Positions 10,403 to 20,621 of a stretch of DNA of 64,000 bases are shown piece by piece. Below the pieces are notes generated by a model that did not search any database, was not told the origin of the DNA, and saw only the letters and a program-made list of their open reading frames with translations. Position numbers and translations under genes: made by a program. The first letter of the stretch is position 1. The number at the start of each line of letters is the position of its first letter. This stretch comes from an uncultured delta proteobacterium (GTDB lineage Bacteria > Desulfobacterota > Binatia > UBA9968), in the NCBI GenBank assembly GCA_963771465.1, contig CAVYTU010000014.1, positions 992,001 through 1,056,000 of the forward strand. The letters run 5' to 3'.

Positions 10403-11446
10403 TTAGTTCCAGCCGAACAAGCGTTTGCCGTTGTCGTGCAGGATTTTGCTTTTGGCCTCCTCCGAGATGTCGGTGCGGTCGAGCAAATCGGCGGTGAAGG
10501 CCGAACCGCTATGGGGATAATCCGTGGCAAAAACAATCAAATCATCGCCGATCCTGTCAAGCACATGGGGCAGCGCTTTTTCTTCGGGCTCGGCCGAGTA
10601 GAAAAAATTTCCACCGGTCATGTAAGCGCTCGGTTTTCTTTTCAACAGCGGCGCATCGCCACGGCGTTTCTCCCATTTGGCGTCGAGAAAATCCATCCAA
10701 TAGGGCACCCAGGCGACGCGGTTTTCCAAAAATGCGACGCGCAAACGCGGGAATTTCTCGACGACTCCGCCGTAGATCAACGCCGCGCAATCGTACAAGG
10801 TAGCGACCGGCCGCCCAACCGTATGCTGCAAGAGAAAACTATCGGCGCGCCGGTCTCCCGTCGGGCCTTGAATCGAAGCATGTATCATCAATGGAACATT
10901 GAGCCGTTCCATCTCTTCGTAGATTGGCCAGAACGTCGTCGAGCCGATGTGCTCTTTGAGGCCGAATGACGAGAGCACGACGCCGCTAAGCCCAAGCTGG
11001 GTGACGGCTCGTTTAAGCTCAGCGACGGCGGCCGGGACGTCTTGAAATGGCAGCAGGGCGACGGCCTTGAGCTGTCCAGCTTCACGGCAAAGCCCGCCGA
11101 TAGAATCGTTGTAAGCGCGGCAAAACGCCCCTGCGAACTGCTTGTCCCGTTGCGTCCCGACGTCCATCGCGCGGCTGGGAAAGAGCAACGAGTAAACGAT
11201 TCCCTCGTCTTTCATCACCGATAAACGTTTCTCCAGATCGCCGGGTGCGCGCGGCCGGCGCCGCACCCGCACATGCCATTCATCCATGCCGAGCAGCGGC
11301 CCCTGTTTATTGCGAAAAGGCTCCGGCATGAGCGGGCGTAGGTCGTCGTCGGATTCGATGACGTGGGCATCCATGTCGTAAATCTGAATCTTAGCTTTGA
11401 GTGCCTGGCGTGTTTTTTCGATCGCTTGCTGGGCTTGTGTTTCCAT
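10403..11446 (-). CDS. Amidohydrolase_2 family protein
   Basis: YDMDAH, LMIH, FLEN, TDYPH; AAGGAG RBS. Confidence 0.85.
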   Translation of the reverse strand: METQAQQAIEKTRQALKAKIQIYDMDAHVIESDDDLRPLMPEPFRNKQGPLLGMDEWHVRVRRRPRAPGDLEKRLSVMKDEGIVYSLLFPSRAMDVGTQRDKQFAGAFCRAYNDSIGGLCREAGQLKAVALLPFQDVPAAVAELKRAVTQLGLSGVVLSSFGLKEHIGSTTFWPIYEEMERLNVPLMIHASIQGPTGDRRADSFLLQHTVGRPVATLYDCAALIYGGVVEKFPRLRVAFLENRVAWVPYWMDFLDAKWEKRRGDAPLLKRKPSAYMTGGNFFYSAEPEEKALPHVLDRIGDDLIVFATDYPHSGSAFTADLLDRTDISEEAKSKILHDNGKRLFGWN

Positions 11447-11492
11447 CGCCACTCCTTGTTTCAGAAGATTTGCAAATTATTATTACGCGGCG

Positions 11493-12491
11493 TCATTTAC
11501 TATAAATCTCGTTCATGATTTTTTGATATTTGTCGGCACCCGTGCGCGCTTGGGCCGACAAGAAGAGCAGTTTCTTACGATCGATGCCGTCCTTTATGGA
11601 AATGTCGTCTCGCATCACCGACTTGCCGGATTTGGCCATGACCGTTTGCCCTTCCTTGGACAAAACATAATCGACCAGGAGCCGAGCAGCGTTAGGATGT
11701 GGCGCCATTCCTAAAATCCCAATGGTTTGAATGTCCGCGTAAAGCGGATCTTCGAGACGAGCCCATTCAACTGAAAGTCCTTTCTCAGTGAAACTCTTGA
11801 TGCCGTCATGGTTCAGCGGCAAAGCGATCTCCACTTCTCCGCTGCCGAGCCACTGTTGAACCATCAATGTCGTTCCACGCCCTGGACGGGGATTGAGTCC
11901 GGCAAATTTGCGCAAAAAATCCATTCCCTTCTCAGCTCCGAAGAAATCCAGCATCGCATAGATCCATCCGTAGTTGTTCAAATTGATAGCAGCTTTGCCT
12001 TTCCACCGATCGCGCAGCAGGTCGTTGTAACGTTTGGGGACATCGGCCCCGGTGACCATGCGGCTATTATAGGCAATCGTCAGAATCGTAAAGTAAACAC
12101 CGCTGTAAAACCCGCGATCCTCGGGCGGACGTTCCGGCGAGCTATATTTTTGAAAAATGGTAGGCGTTTCCATGAGCATGAGGTCGAGAGAATCGGCGCC
12201 GGTGAGAACGAGATCGGCATTGTCCCGCTTGCCCACTCGCCGTTCCGTCAAGATCTTGGTAACCAGTGTCGAGCTTCCTTGCCGGTTTACTTCCACTCTG
12301 ATGCCGGGATATTTAGCGGAAAAAGCATCGACCAACGGTTGTGAATCTTCTAAATTGAGTGAGGTGTAAAGAACCGCTGAGCCTTCTTTTTTCGCTTCCT
12401 CGTAGCCGGCGCTTGCAGGTCCTGTGTTGCCGAGGAAGCAAACCAGCGCTCCCGCCATAATTATGATGCTTACTTGCGCCGAAGTTTTCAT
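11493..12491 (-). CDS. Extracellular solute-binding protein, AfuA-like
   Basis: Signal peptide, AKKEG, IAYNS, APHPNAARLLVD. Confidence 0.85.
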   Translation of the reverse strand: MKTSAQVSIIIMAGALVCFLGNTGPASAGYEEAKKEGSAVLYTSLNLEDSQPLVDAFSAKYPGIRVEVNRQGSSTLVTKILTERRVGKRDNADLVLTGADSLDLMLMETPTIFQKYSSPERPPEDRGFYSGVYFTILTIAYNSRMVTGADVPKRYNDLLRDRWKGKAAINLNNYGWIYAMLDFFGAEKGMDFLRKFAGLNPRPGRGTTLMVQQWLGSGEVEIALPLNHDGIKSFTEKGLSVEWARLEDPLYADIQTIGILGMAPHPNAARLLVDYVLSKEGQTVMAKSGKSVMRDDISIKDGIDRKKLLFLSAQARTGADKYQKIMNEIYSK

Positions 12492-12512
12492 GGTCGCGCC
12501 TCCTTGCTCAGC

Positions 12513-13508
12513 CTATTTGGTAAATAGATCGACCATCATCTTGTCGTATTCTTCGACCTTGGCGCGCGCTTCCGGGCCAACGATTCGAAGAGTCTTGCGA
12601 TCGATTTGCAGTTTTGTCGCTACATCATTTCGCACTGTAAATTTATCCAGACCAGCCAGTATCGTTTGGCCTTCCTTCGAGACGACGAAATCGACTAACA
12701 ACCGCGCTGCATTGGGATGTTGGGCATTTCCCAAGATGGCAATGCCGTGCACATCCGCATACACCGGGTCTTGGACCGCTGACAACGCTACCGGCGCTCC
12801 CTTGTTGATAAATGCGATTACCCCATCGTGATTGAGGGCGATGCCGACTTCCGCGTCGCCGGCGATCACGCTCTGCATGAGCTGGGTGGTGCCGCGGTAG
12901 GCGCGTGGTCCTGTCGCGGCCAATTTCTTGAGAAAGCTTATGCCGTTCTCGTTGCCGAAAAATTCCATCATGGAATAGATCCAGGTCGGATTGCCGAGGT
13001 TGACGGCAAGCTTGCCGCGCCAGCGTTCGTGGAGCAGGTCCTGATAGCGGCGCGGCGCGACGTCGGCGCCGACGAGGTTTTTGTTAAAGGCGATGCTGTG
13101 CACGCTCATATACGTGGCGGTCCAAAATTCGCCTTTCTCGGGTTTTGATTCCGGCGAGCTGTATTTCTGGAAATAGCCGCGGCCTTGCAGCAGATCGAGA
13201 TACTCGGCGCCCACCATGACGACGTCGGCGATGTCTTTGCCGGAGCGACGCTCGGTCATGACCTTTTGCAGTACGCTATTGGCGCTCTGACGATTAACCG
13301 TTACCTCGACGCCGGGATATTTCTTCGTGAACGCGGCGATAAGTTTTTCGCTATCCTCGACGTTGAGCGAGGTGTACCAGAGCGCCTGTTTTTCGCCCTT
13401 GGCTGCGTCATACCAGTTAGCGACAGCGCCATTTACATTGCCAGAGAAAAACACAATGACGAAATGACACAAAATGAAAAGAGCCGAACGATTCGAGTTC
13501 AGAGCCAT
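12513..13508 (-). CDS. Extracellular solute-binding protein, AfuA-like (tandem paralog)
   Basis: YTSLNVED, IAFNK, HPNAARLLVDF; start MALNS after GGAGG. Confidence 0.85.
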   Translation of the reverse strand: MALNSNRSALFILCHFVIVFFSGNVNGAVANWYDAAKGEKQALWYTSLNVEDSEKLIAAFTKKYPGVEVTVNRQSANSVLQKVMTERRSGKDIADVVMVGAEYLDLLQGRGYFQKYSSPESKPEKGEFWTATYMSVHSIAFNKNLVGADVAPRRYQDLLHERWRGKLAVNLGNPTWIYSMMEFFGNENGISFLKKLAATGPRAYRGTTQLMQSVIAGDAEVGIALNHDGVIAFINKGAPVALSAVQDPVYADVHGIAILGNAQHPNAARLLVDFVVSKEGQTILAGLDKFTVRNDVATKLQIDRKTLRIVGPEARAKVEEYDKMMVDLFTK

Positions 13509-13561
13509 TCTGTCCTCCGTGTTTCTCGATTCTATTATTCGTCGAGAGTCAAATCTCATGA

Positions 13562-14902
13562 TTACACAGGCCCGCCGGCTTGCAGCAACTGGGTCAACTG
13601 GCGGACGGTGGGCAGTTCTTCCAGGTGACTGACGCGGTCGACGATCTGGTCGGCCCGCGGTTGCGAGAATGCGCTGCTTACAGACTGCATGAATTTTTCG
13701 CGAACCGGCGGCCATTCGGTGAGATTGGCAATCGGTTGGAACGGTTCGGAGAATCTTTTGCCGTTTTTCAAAATCACTGTCAGTATTTCTTCATTGCTGT
13801 GACTGGTGCGTTGAATCAAGTTTTGTATGCGCGGATCTGCCAATCGTTCGTTGACAAAATCGTCCGGCTTGACCGTGCCGTGGACCAGAGTCATCGCCAG
13901 GCAGAAAGGCATGCTGAAGCGGCCTTCGTAGCCGCGGCTTGGCCGCGCGCGCACCAGCGGATAAGGGCGTAAATCGCATTCGATGGCGTCGACGTCGTCC
14001 GCGGTGATTTTTTCCCGTTGGCGCAAACGCAGCATGGCTTCCAGCCCGCTATGGGTTGCCGTGCAGGAGGCAAAGGGTTTGATCCGCAAACTGTGAGCGA
14101 GATCCCACTCGACGCCGAGGTTCTTACCGAGGGATTCGAGAATTTCATCACTCAAAGGCCCGACCGCTTCTAATAGCCCATAGCGGCCTTCGAGCACGGT
14201 GTCGTCGCTGGAAAATCCTGCCTGCGCGAGTAACGCCGTTGTCACGCCGGTAGCGGCGGCGTGGCCACAGCGAAACGGCTTGGCCATGGTGCCGCCGTCG
14301 CGGGTGAGCGCGCCGCAGGCGCCGGCCGACAGACCGATCGCCGCCAGTGTTTGCGTTGGATTTAACCGATAGATTCGGCTCGCCGAGCACGCCGCGGCAA
14401 TCGGGCCGAGTATTCCATTTGAATGCCAGCCGCGCGCGCCCGGGCCGATGCCGCTGGAGCGGGACGAGAAGATGCGATCCAAACTCGCGCGTACTTCACG
14501 GCCGATGATGAATGCTTCCAATGCTTGTCGCCCCGTGGACTCGGTGCTTTCCGCCGTCGCGATGGACGCAGCAAGGGTGTAAGTCGTCGAGTGATTTCTG
14601 TCGTCGTAATCGAGGCCATGCGCCAAGGTGCCGTTGAGAAACGCCGCGTCACGAGAGCTGGCTCTAGTTTCCATACCCCACACCGTGCAGTTGCCGGCGC
14701 CGACATTCGCCTTGGCAAATTTGTTCAAGCAATCGCCGATCTCTTGCTGGGTCGCCAAAACCGACACACCTAAACAGTCGAGTATCGCTAGCTTGGCATT
14801 GCTGATTACCGCCGTCGGCGCCTGCGTTAGCTGAAAATTTTGCGTGAACTCGGCGAGCTTTCGCGATAAACCGTCGATCGCTTTGTGCAAGGAATCGCTC
14901 AT
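13562..14902 (-). CDS. MmgE/PrpD family protein (paralog of 7896..9224)
   Basis: AILDCLG, HGLDYDD, GPGARGWH, KPFRCGH, RFSMPF. Confidence 0.85.
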   Translation of the reverse strand: MSDSLHKAIDGLSRKLAEFTQNFQLTQAPTAVISNAKLAILDCLGVSVLATQQEIGDCLNKFAKANVGAGNCTVWGMETRASSRDAAFLNGTLAHGLDYDDRNHSTTYTLAASIATAESTESTGRQALEAFIIGREVRASLDRIFSSRSSGIGPGARGWHSNGILGPIAAACSASRIYRLNPTQTLAAIGLSAGACGALTRDGGTMAKPFRCGHAAATGVTTALLAQAGFSSDDTVLEGRYGLLEAVGPLSDEILESLGKNLGVEWDLAHSLRIKPFASCTATHSGLEAMLRLRQREKITADDVDAIECDLRPYPLVRARPSRGYEGRFSMPFCLAMTLVHGTVKPDDFVNERLADPRIQNLIQRTSHSNEEILTVILKNGKRFSEPFQPIANLTEWPPVREKFMQSVSSAFSQPRADQIVDRVSHLEELPTVRQLTQLLQAGGPV

Positions 14903-14923
14903 GAATAACCTCGAAAAAATGTC

Positions 14924-15955
14924 TTAGCGCTTGCCGTAGAGCGCGTCGATATAACCGCTCTCGTCGAGCTTGCGAACGAAACGGTTGTCGATAAGATCGT
15001 CGACTTTGACGCGGCTCACATTGGCATTCAAGCTGCCCATCATGCGCTGGATATTGCGCAGCCCTTCGGCGCTACCGTAGGGTTTTCTCTCGAAGCCGAC
15101 GAGCAGATCCTGATAGCCCTCTTCCAGCGTGATTGGATCGTTGAGTTTCATTTGCTGCATCATGGTTTTCAGCACGATGTTTCGGTTGGTGGGAAGCGAA
15201 ATGAACGCTTGCGCTTCGAGCAAACCCTTGAGCATTGCCTCGACGACATCCGGCCGATCGCGCAGGTAGTTGCCGTTGACCACGAGACTGGTGTTGACGA
15301 ACGGAATCTTGGCGTGCTGGAGCTCGACGAGAACCGCCAGCCCCTTCTGTTTCATCCGGCGGCTGAGGAAGGGATCGAGCAGTGTGGCATCGATGTTACC
15401 GGCCTCGATGGCTTGCGCAAGAATCGTCTGATTGCCAATGGCGTTGATGCGAACATGATCGCGGTTGGCATCCAAGCCGAGATGTTCGAGGGCGAGTATC
15501 GCCGCCATCCAAGTCGTGCCGCCGATGTTGGTGACGCCGAAGCGTTTGCCGCGTAGATCTTTCGCTTCCTTAATCTCGGGACGGACGACGACATCGTAGG
15601 AAAGTCGATTGCTCGGGCTGGCGACGATTTTCAAATCCTGTCCGCCCGACACCGCCGAGAGCACCGGCGCGCCGCCGCTGCTGCCAAACTGCACATCGCC
15701 GGTGGCCATGGCGGTCATCTGCAAGTTACTGCTGCGCAAATAAATCGTCTCGACGTCGAGGCCATGTCTGGCGAAAAATCCTTGGCCCTTGGCAATCCAC
15801 AGCACCGCGGAACGGGTGTTTACCGCGGACTGACTCATGCGCAGTTTGGTCAACGACGGTTTGGCGGTTGTCGACGACGCGGCGGCGAAGCCATCGAAAG
15901 CGCCGAGCAACAGCAATAAAAGCGCGGATAGTTTTATAAATACACGTATGCTCAC
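14924..15955 (-). CDS. NMT1/SsuA/TauA-type ABC substrate-binding protein
   Basis: WIAKGQGFFARHGLDVE, DLRGKRFGVT, C-terminal D.RFVRKLDESGYID. Confidence 0.85.
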   Translation of the reverse strand: MSIRVFIKLSALLLLLLGAFDGFAAASSTTAKPSLTKLRMSQSAVNTRSAVLWIAKGQGFFARHGLDVETIYLRSSNLQMTAMATGDVQFGSSGGAPVLSAVSGGQDLKIVASPSNRLSYDVVVRPEIKEAKDLRGKRFGVTNIGGTTWMAAILALEHLGLDANRDHVRINAIGNQTILAQAIEAGNIDATLLDPFLSRRMKQKGLAVLVELQHAKIPFVNTSLVVNGNYLRDRPDVVEAMLKGLLEAQAFISLPTNRNIVLKTMMQQMKLNDPITLEEGYQDLLVGFERKPYGSAEGLRNIQRMMGSLNANVSRVKVDDLIDNRFVRKLDESGYIDALYGKR

Positions 15956-15997
15956 GAGAGCGCCTGTTCGAGACTGCCGAAGAGCCCGCCAATCGTC

Positions 15998-17140
15998 CTA
16001 CGCTACATTATAGAACTTGGCGCAGTTGTCCCAGATCAGCTTCTGTTTAATCTGGTTTGGAACTCCTTTGAACTGGCTCTCTATCACTTCCGGTGAGTGC
16101 GGCCAGGTGGAACCGCCATGAGGATAGTCGCTTGCCCACATATAATTGTCGGCCATGTCGAAGACTTCGGTACCAAGCACGCCAATGCGATCGTCTTGGA
16201 ATGTGATGTACAATTGCCGCCGAATGAGTTCACTGGGAAGCAAAGAGACGGTTTTACCATCCGGCACTTCCGAGCGAGCTCTTTGCAGGGTGCCGTCCAT
16301 TTTGCTGATGAACGGATGGAGCCAGGAGAGATCGTACTCAGCGAGCACAACGCGGAGCTTGGGAAATCGTTCCAACACGCCACCGAACACCAGGTCGGTG
16401 GTGAGTTTCAGCGGCTCGAGAATCGCGCGATTAACGGCGTTGCGGCCCTGTTGCACCGGAGTAATAACTTTAAGCCGCGCCGCCATGCGATCGCGGCCTT
16501 GGACGATGTTAACATGATAGTGAATCGGAAAATTCATGTCCTGAGCCAGCGTCCACAGTGGATCGAACTCTGGATCACAATAACTCATGCCTTCAGGCAA
16601 CGCCGACGGCAACACTACGCCCTTATGGCCGCGCTTGGCGCAGCGTTTCATTTCCTCTAAGGACCATTCGACATCGAGCGCAGAGAGCAAACCCAAAGCG
16701 AGTAAGCGCTTGGGTGCTACGGCGCAATAATCCAGCAGCCAATCGTTATAGGCGATGAGTCCAGCTTTTTGCAGCGGCGTTTCTTCGCCTTTGAGGCTAT
16801 AAAAATTGCGCGCCATGCTCGGATAGAGCACTTCCATTTTGACGCCGTCTAGATCCATATCTCCCAGGCGCGCATGGGCGTCCCACGGTCCGCGCCAATC
16901 TTCCCAAGTGAAATTCTCAATGACCTTGCGAATCGCGCCGCCGCTTTTGTCTTTGCCTGCAGTAAACGTCATTCCCACCGGGTCGGGCTCGTGGCCGTCG
17001 AAAACCATGTAGAGGCCTTTCTTTCCGGGCGGATCTTGGACAAAACGCGGCCCATGCTCGCGCAGATTCTTCGGGATTCGTTCCCAAGCTTCAGGTGGTT
17101 CGTTGACGTGGGAATCCGATGAGAAAAATGTTGGTTCCAC
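15998..17140 (-). CDS. Amidohydrolase_2 family protein
   Basis: SSDSHVNEP, IHYH, LAE, WASDYPH; GTG start after GGAGG. Confidence 0.85.
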   Translation of the reverse strand: MEPTFFSSDSHVNEPPEAWERIPKNLREHGPRFVQDPPGKKGLYMVFDGHEPDPVGMTFTAGKDKSGGAIRKVIENFTWEDWRGPWDAHARLGDMDLDGVKMEVLYPSMARNFYSLKGEETPLQKAGLIAYNDWLLDYCAVAPKRLLALGLLSALDVEWSLEEMKRCAKRGHKGVVLPSALPEGMSYCDPEFDPLWTLAQDMNFPIHYHVNIVQGRDRMAARLKVITPVQQGRNAVNRAILEPLKLTTDLVFGGVLERFPKLRVVLAEYDLSWLHPFISKMDGTLQRARSEVPDGKTVSLLPSELIRRQLYITFQDDRIGVLGTEVFDMADNYMWASDYPHGGSTWPHSPEVIESQFKGVPNQIKQKLIWDNCAKFYNVA

Positions 17141-17252
17141 TTGTTTACCTCCAGCGAGTTACTGACTTATACAATTCGTTAATTAAAATTTTCTGGTCAT
17201 TTTAATACTTGATGAATTTCTCAACGCACAATCGGTTATTCCACAAAAGTCG

Positions 17253-18305
17253 CTACCGGTACAAACGGTCGATAAATTGGCTCTCTTCTAGTTTGCGATA
17301 AATGCGCTCGTCGACGAGCTCTTCGGCTTTCACTTTGGTGACGCCCGGGTTGTAGCGCATTACCCGCTGAATATTTTTCAGTCCAGCCACGTCCGGGTAT
17401 GGCTTCTTGGCGATCAATTTGTCGAGATCCTGAAAGGTTTCCTTAGCGGTAATCGGGTCGGTGATTTTTAAGCGCTCGGCCAAAAACCTGAGCACAATAT
17501 CTCGGTTAGCAGGTTTATACAGAAACGCGGTGGATTCGATCATGACCTTTAAAACATTCTCGACGACATCCGGCTGCTGCTGCAGGTAACTGCGGGACAC
17601 CACTAGACCGGAGCTGGCGAACGGTAGTTTGGCGCTCGACAGCTCGGCCAGGACGCGAAATCCTTTTCGCTTGAGCTCTCTGGAGAGCGCGGGTTCGACT
17701 AAGATCGCGTCGACTCTGCCGGAATTAAGTGATTGGACAAGCACCGTTTGATCGCCGATGCCTTGCAGTCGAATGCGATCCCGCTCGGGACTGAGACCGA
17801 AATGCTCCAAACCTAAGATCGCGCCGATCCAAGTGGTGCCGCCGATGTTGGTAACGCCAAGGTCTCGGCCGCGCAACTCCTCAATGCTTTTTATTTCTGG
17901 TTTGGCGACGATGTCCCAATAAACACCCTGGCCGAAGGTGGCGACGATTTTCAGATCATGTCCCGCGGCCGCAGCGCTCAGTGTTGGCGCGCCGCCGGTA
18001 TGGCTTAGCTGCACTTCATTGGTGGTGAGCGCCATCATCTGAATGGTGCTGTTACGCACATAGACTGGCTCGAGATCGAGATTGTACTTCTTGAACAAAC
18101 CTTGGCTCGTGGCGATCCACAGGGGCGCGGCGGTGACGCCGACGTTAGATTGGCTCAAGCGAATCCTTGCCGCGGCGCCAAGATTCTGTGTCATGATTAT
18201 CGGTAGCAATGAAGCGATCAGGACCGCGATCCTGGCGAGTTTGTATCGGTGTCTCGACGAGAGGAGGCGAAGGCAAGTTGTATTCGGCCACAGTTGCGTT
18301 TTCAT
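17253..18305 (-). CDS. NMT1/SsuA/TauA-type ABC substrate-binding protein
   Basis: PLWIA..QGLFKKYNLD; GVTNIGGTTW is shared with 14924..15955. Confidence 0.85.
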   Translation of the reverse strand: MKTQLWPNTTCLRLLSSRHRYKLARIAVLIASLLPIIMTQNLGAAARIRLSQSNVGVTAAPLWIATSQGLFKKYNLDLEPVYVRNSTIQMMALTTNEVQLSHTGGAPTLSAAAAGHDLKIVATFGQGVYWDIVAKPEIKSIEELRGRDLGVTNIGGTTWIGAILGLEHFGLSPERDRIRLQGIGDQTVLVQSLNSGRVDAILVEPALSRELKRKGFRVLAELSSAKLPFASSGLVVSRSYLQQQPDVVENVLKVMIESTAFLYKPANRDIVLRFLAERLKITDPITAKETFQDLDKLIAKKPYPDVAGLKNIQRVMRYNPGVTKVKAEELVDERIYRKLEESQFIDRLYR

Positions 18306-18314
18306 AATCTCCCG

Positions 18315-19397
18315 TCAGCGCTTGCTGATGAACAGCCGGCGCTTGTATCCTTCCCATTCATTAAATTTCTTCTCCATTTCGTCCGGCGGGTAGCGACTTT
18401 CGATATAAACCTTTTTGAACTTTTGCTCTTGCGAACCGATGTCGCTGCGCGCCGAACTTAAACCGCCCTTTAAAACCGTCTGTTGTCCTTCTTTGGAGTG
18501 GAGAAAGTCGAGGAAGAGCAGCGCGGCGTGAGGATTAGGCGCTCTAACAACCATTCCCGAAGTGCCGGTGGTCGCGATCACGGGATCGATGGGGCGCCAC
18601 TCCACAGGCGCGCCTTTTTGCTTGGCGACGGCGATGTTCGAATTGAAAATCGTCGGTGACAAAGGCACCTCGCCAGAAGCCACGAGTTGCGCCAACGCCG
18701 CGCCGGAGATGTTCTGCACGTTTATTTCCTGCCCGGCAATTTTTTCGAGAAACTCACGGCCAAAAGTTTCCACCAGGGCGCCGATCCACTGAGTGCCGGT
18801 GGTTGTGCCCGCGATGGACATCTTGCCTTTCCATTTAGGATCGAGCAGATCCTTCATCGTCTTGGGCGCGTCGGCCGGCGGAATGATTTTGCTGTTGAAA
18901 CCCAAACTGATGTAAAGCTCGCGACTAGTCCAATGAAGATAACCATTCTTGCCTTTGAACTTGACGTGGTCGTCGTAGGGACCGAGCTCGGGAGAAAACA
19001 CTTCTTGAAATCCATTGGCAGCGACCAAGAGCGCCATATAGTCAGGACTGGTTTCGACCACGTCGGCGATGAAGCGGCCGGCCGCCATCTCATCGGTTAA
19101 ACGTTTGAGCAGCTCTTTGGAGTCGCTGCGCCAGACGTTGGTTTTGATGAACGGATATTTCTTACCAAACTCCTCGGACACGTGACCCGCCATCCAGGTG
19201 TTGGAGGTGTAAAAAGTTACCTGCCCTTCCTTCTTCGCGCCGTCGAGCAAAATTTGACCGCGATCTTTGCCTTGATAAAGCGCCAGCTCTGCGCCGGCGA
19301 GGGTTTTAGTTTGCGCCGCGTTCAGTGCTGCCAACGGCCAATGCGCGGCCGTTATGATGATCGCGAGTAGAATACCGTTGAGAGTTCTAAGCGTCAT
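18315..19397 (-). CDS. Extracellular solute-binding protein, AfuA-like
   Basis: Close paralog of 11..1090 (GEVPLSPTIF, KQKGAPV.WRP); start MTLRT after AGGAGG. Confidence 0.85.
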   Translation of the reverse strand: MTLRTLNGILLAIIITAAHWPLAALNAAQTKTLAGAELALYQGKDRGQILLDGAKKEGQVTFYTSNTWMAGHVSEEFGKKYPFIKTNVWRSDSKELLKRLTDEMAAGRFIADVVETSPDYMALLVAANGFQEVFSPELGPYDDHVKFKGKNGYLHWTSRELYISLGFNSKIIPPADAPKTMKDLLDPKWKGKMSIAGTTTGTQWIGALVETFGREFLEKIAGQEINVQNISGAALAQLVASGEVPLSPTIFNSNIAVAKQKGAPVEWRPIDPVIATTGTSGMVVRAPNPHAALLFLDFLHSKEGQQTVLKGGLSSARSDIGSQEQKFKKVYIESRYPPDEMEKKFNEWEGYKRRLFISKR

Positions 19398-19426
19398 TGA
19401 TAATTCCTCCTGGAGGCGACACGAGT

Positions 19427-20608
19427 TTAATCGAAGTAACCTGCTTTGTAGGCCCACAACCATAGATAGGCGATTTTTTCGTTGTGGAGCTCAGCATAGC
19501 CGACATGGCCATAACGTGGGATCAAGACGACATGAGCGCCGCGCGTGGCCGCGGCGTACTTGGCGCCCATAAACATCTCGCGCTTATTTTCCAGCGGCGC
19601 GCCGCCGTTGACCCAATGGCCTTTGTCGTTCTCGCCGGCGACGAGCAGCACGCGAATGGTTTTCAGCCAACTCGCGTCAGGTTCTTGTAGATGGTCGAAA
19701 TATTCTTCCCGGGGCAGGCCGGTACGCTTGGGATACTCTTCCAATATTCCCAGTGCCGCGTTGTGCTGATTGTCGCACAGACTGGTTTTCATCTGTGAAC
19801 GGAGCGGTGTGGCCAGCCGGATGTAGTCGTCGGCGCCGCCCCAGGGCGTCAGGTCTTCGGGGTCGACGTAACCCGAATTCTTGAACGAATCCGGAGAACG
19901 GCGCGAGACATGGTCAACCGGTTTCTCGCCATATTTTTCTGCGCTGGTCTGGTTACGCCACTCCAAGCGCCAACCGTCGGGGCCGCCGCTGCCGAAGCCG
20001 ACGATGCCGATCACTTTGGTTTTCTGAGAGAAGCGTGTCAGGTGCGCCGCCATCGGCCCGCCCGTCGAGTGACCGAAACCGATAATTTCGCGTCCGGCGA
20101 GATGTTGATCGGTGAGCAGGCCGGCGCCCTGAAGAATGACGTTGAAGGTACATTTGAGATTGCGATCGAGAATTTCCTCCCTCGGCAATTCTCGATCGAG
20201 CAGATAAATCGGCATGCGTTCGGCGACGGGAATATCCCAAATCCCGCCCGGCGGATAATGGCCGGGATAGGTGAGCGATAAAACTTTGAAGCCTTGGGCG
20301 GCGAGCACGCGCGCAAGCCCAGGCCGGCCATCGGGCGTGAAGTCCATGATCTTTTCGCTGGCGGCGCCGCCGTGAAAAAAAACGAAGCCGCGTATGCCGT
20401 CGAGCTCCCGCTCCGGCGCGTAAAGAGTGCCGTGCATGTCCCAGTCATAGCCGTTGCGCCGGTAGCGGGTAGTAACATCTTGGGTGCTGAAATTTCCAAC
20501 TGGATACGGCGGCGCAATGGCGAGCCAATCCTCCCAGCTGAGTTTCAAGAGTAACTGTTTTGAGTTAAGGCCGTTTAGATAGGTTTCGATGACTTCAGTG
20601 GCTGCCAT
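19427..20608 (-). CDS. Uncharacterised alpha/beta-hydrolase-fold protein
   Basis: FFHGG oxyanion loop, GHSTGG nucleophile elbow, GEND, RYGH. Confidence 0.7.
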   Translation of the reverse strand: MAATEVIETYLNGLNSKQLLLKLSWEDWLAIAPPYPVGNFSTQDVTTRYRRNGYDWDMHGTLYAPERELDGIRGFVFFHGGAASEKIMDFTPDGRPGLARVLAAQGFKVLSLTYPGHYPPGGIWDIPVAERMPIYLLDRELPREEILDRNLKCTFNVILQGAGLLTDQHLAGREIIGFGHSTGGPMAAHLTRFSQKTKVIGIVGFGSGGPDGWRLEWRNQTSAEKYGEKPVDHVSRRSPDSFKNSGYVDPEDLTPWGGADDYIRLATPLRSQMKTSLCDNQHNAALGILEEYPKRTGLPREEYFDHLQEPDASWLKTIRVLLVAGENDKGHWVNGGAPLENKREMFMGAKYAAATRGAHVVLIPRYGHVGYAELHNEKIAYLWLWAYKAGYFD

Positions 20609-20621
20609 AATTGCCTCTCGC

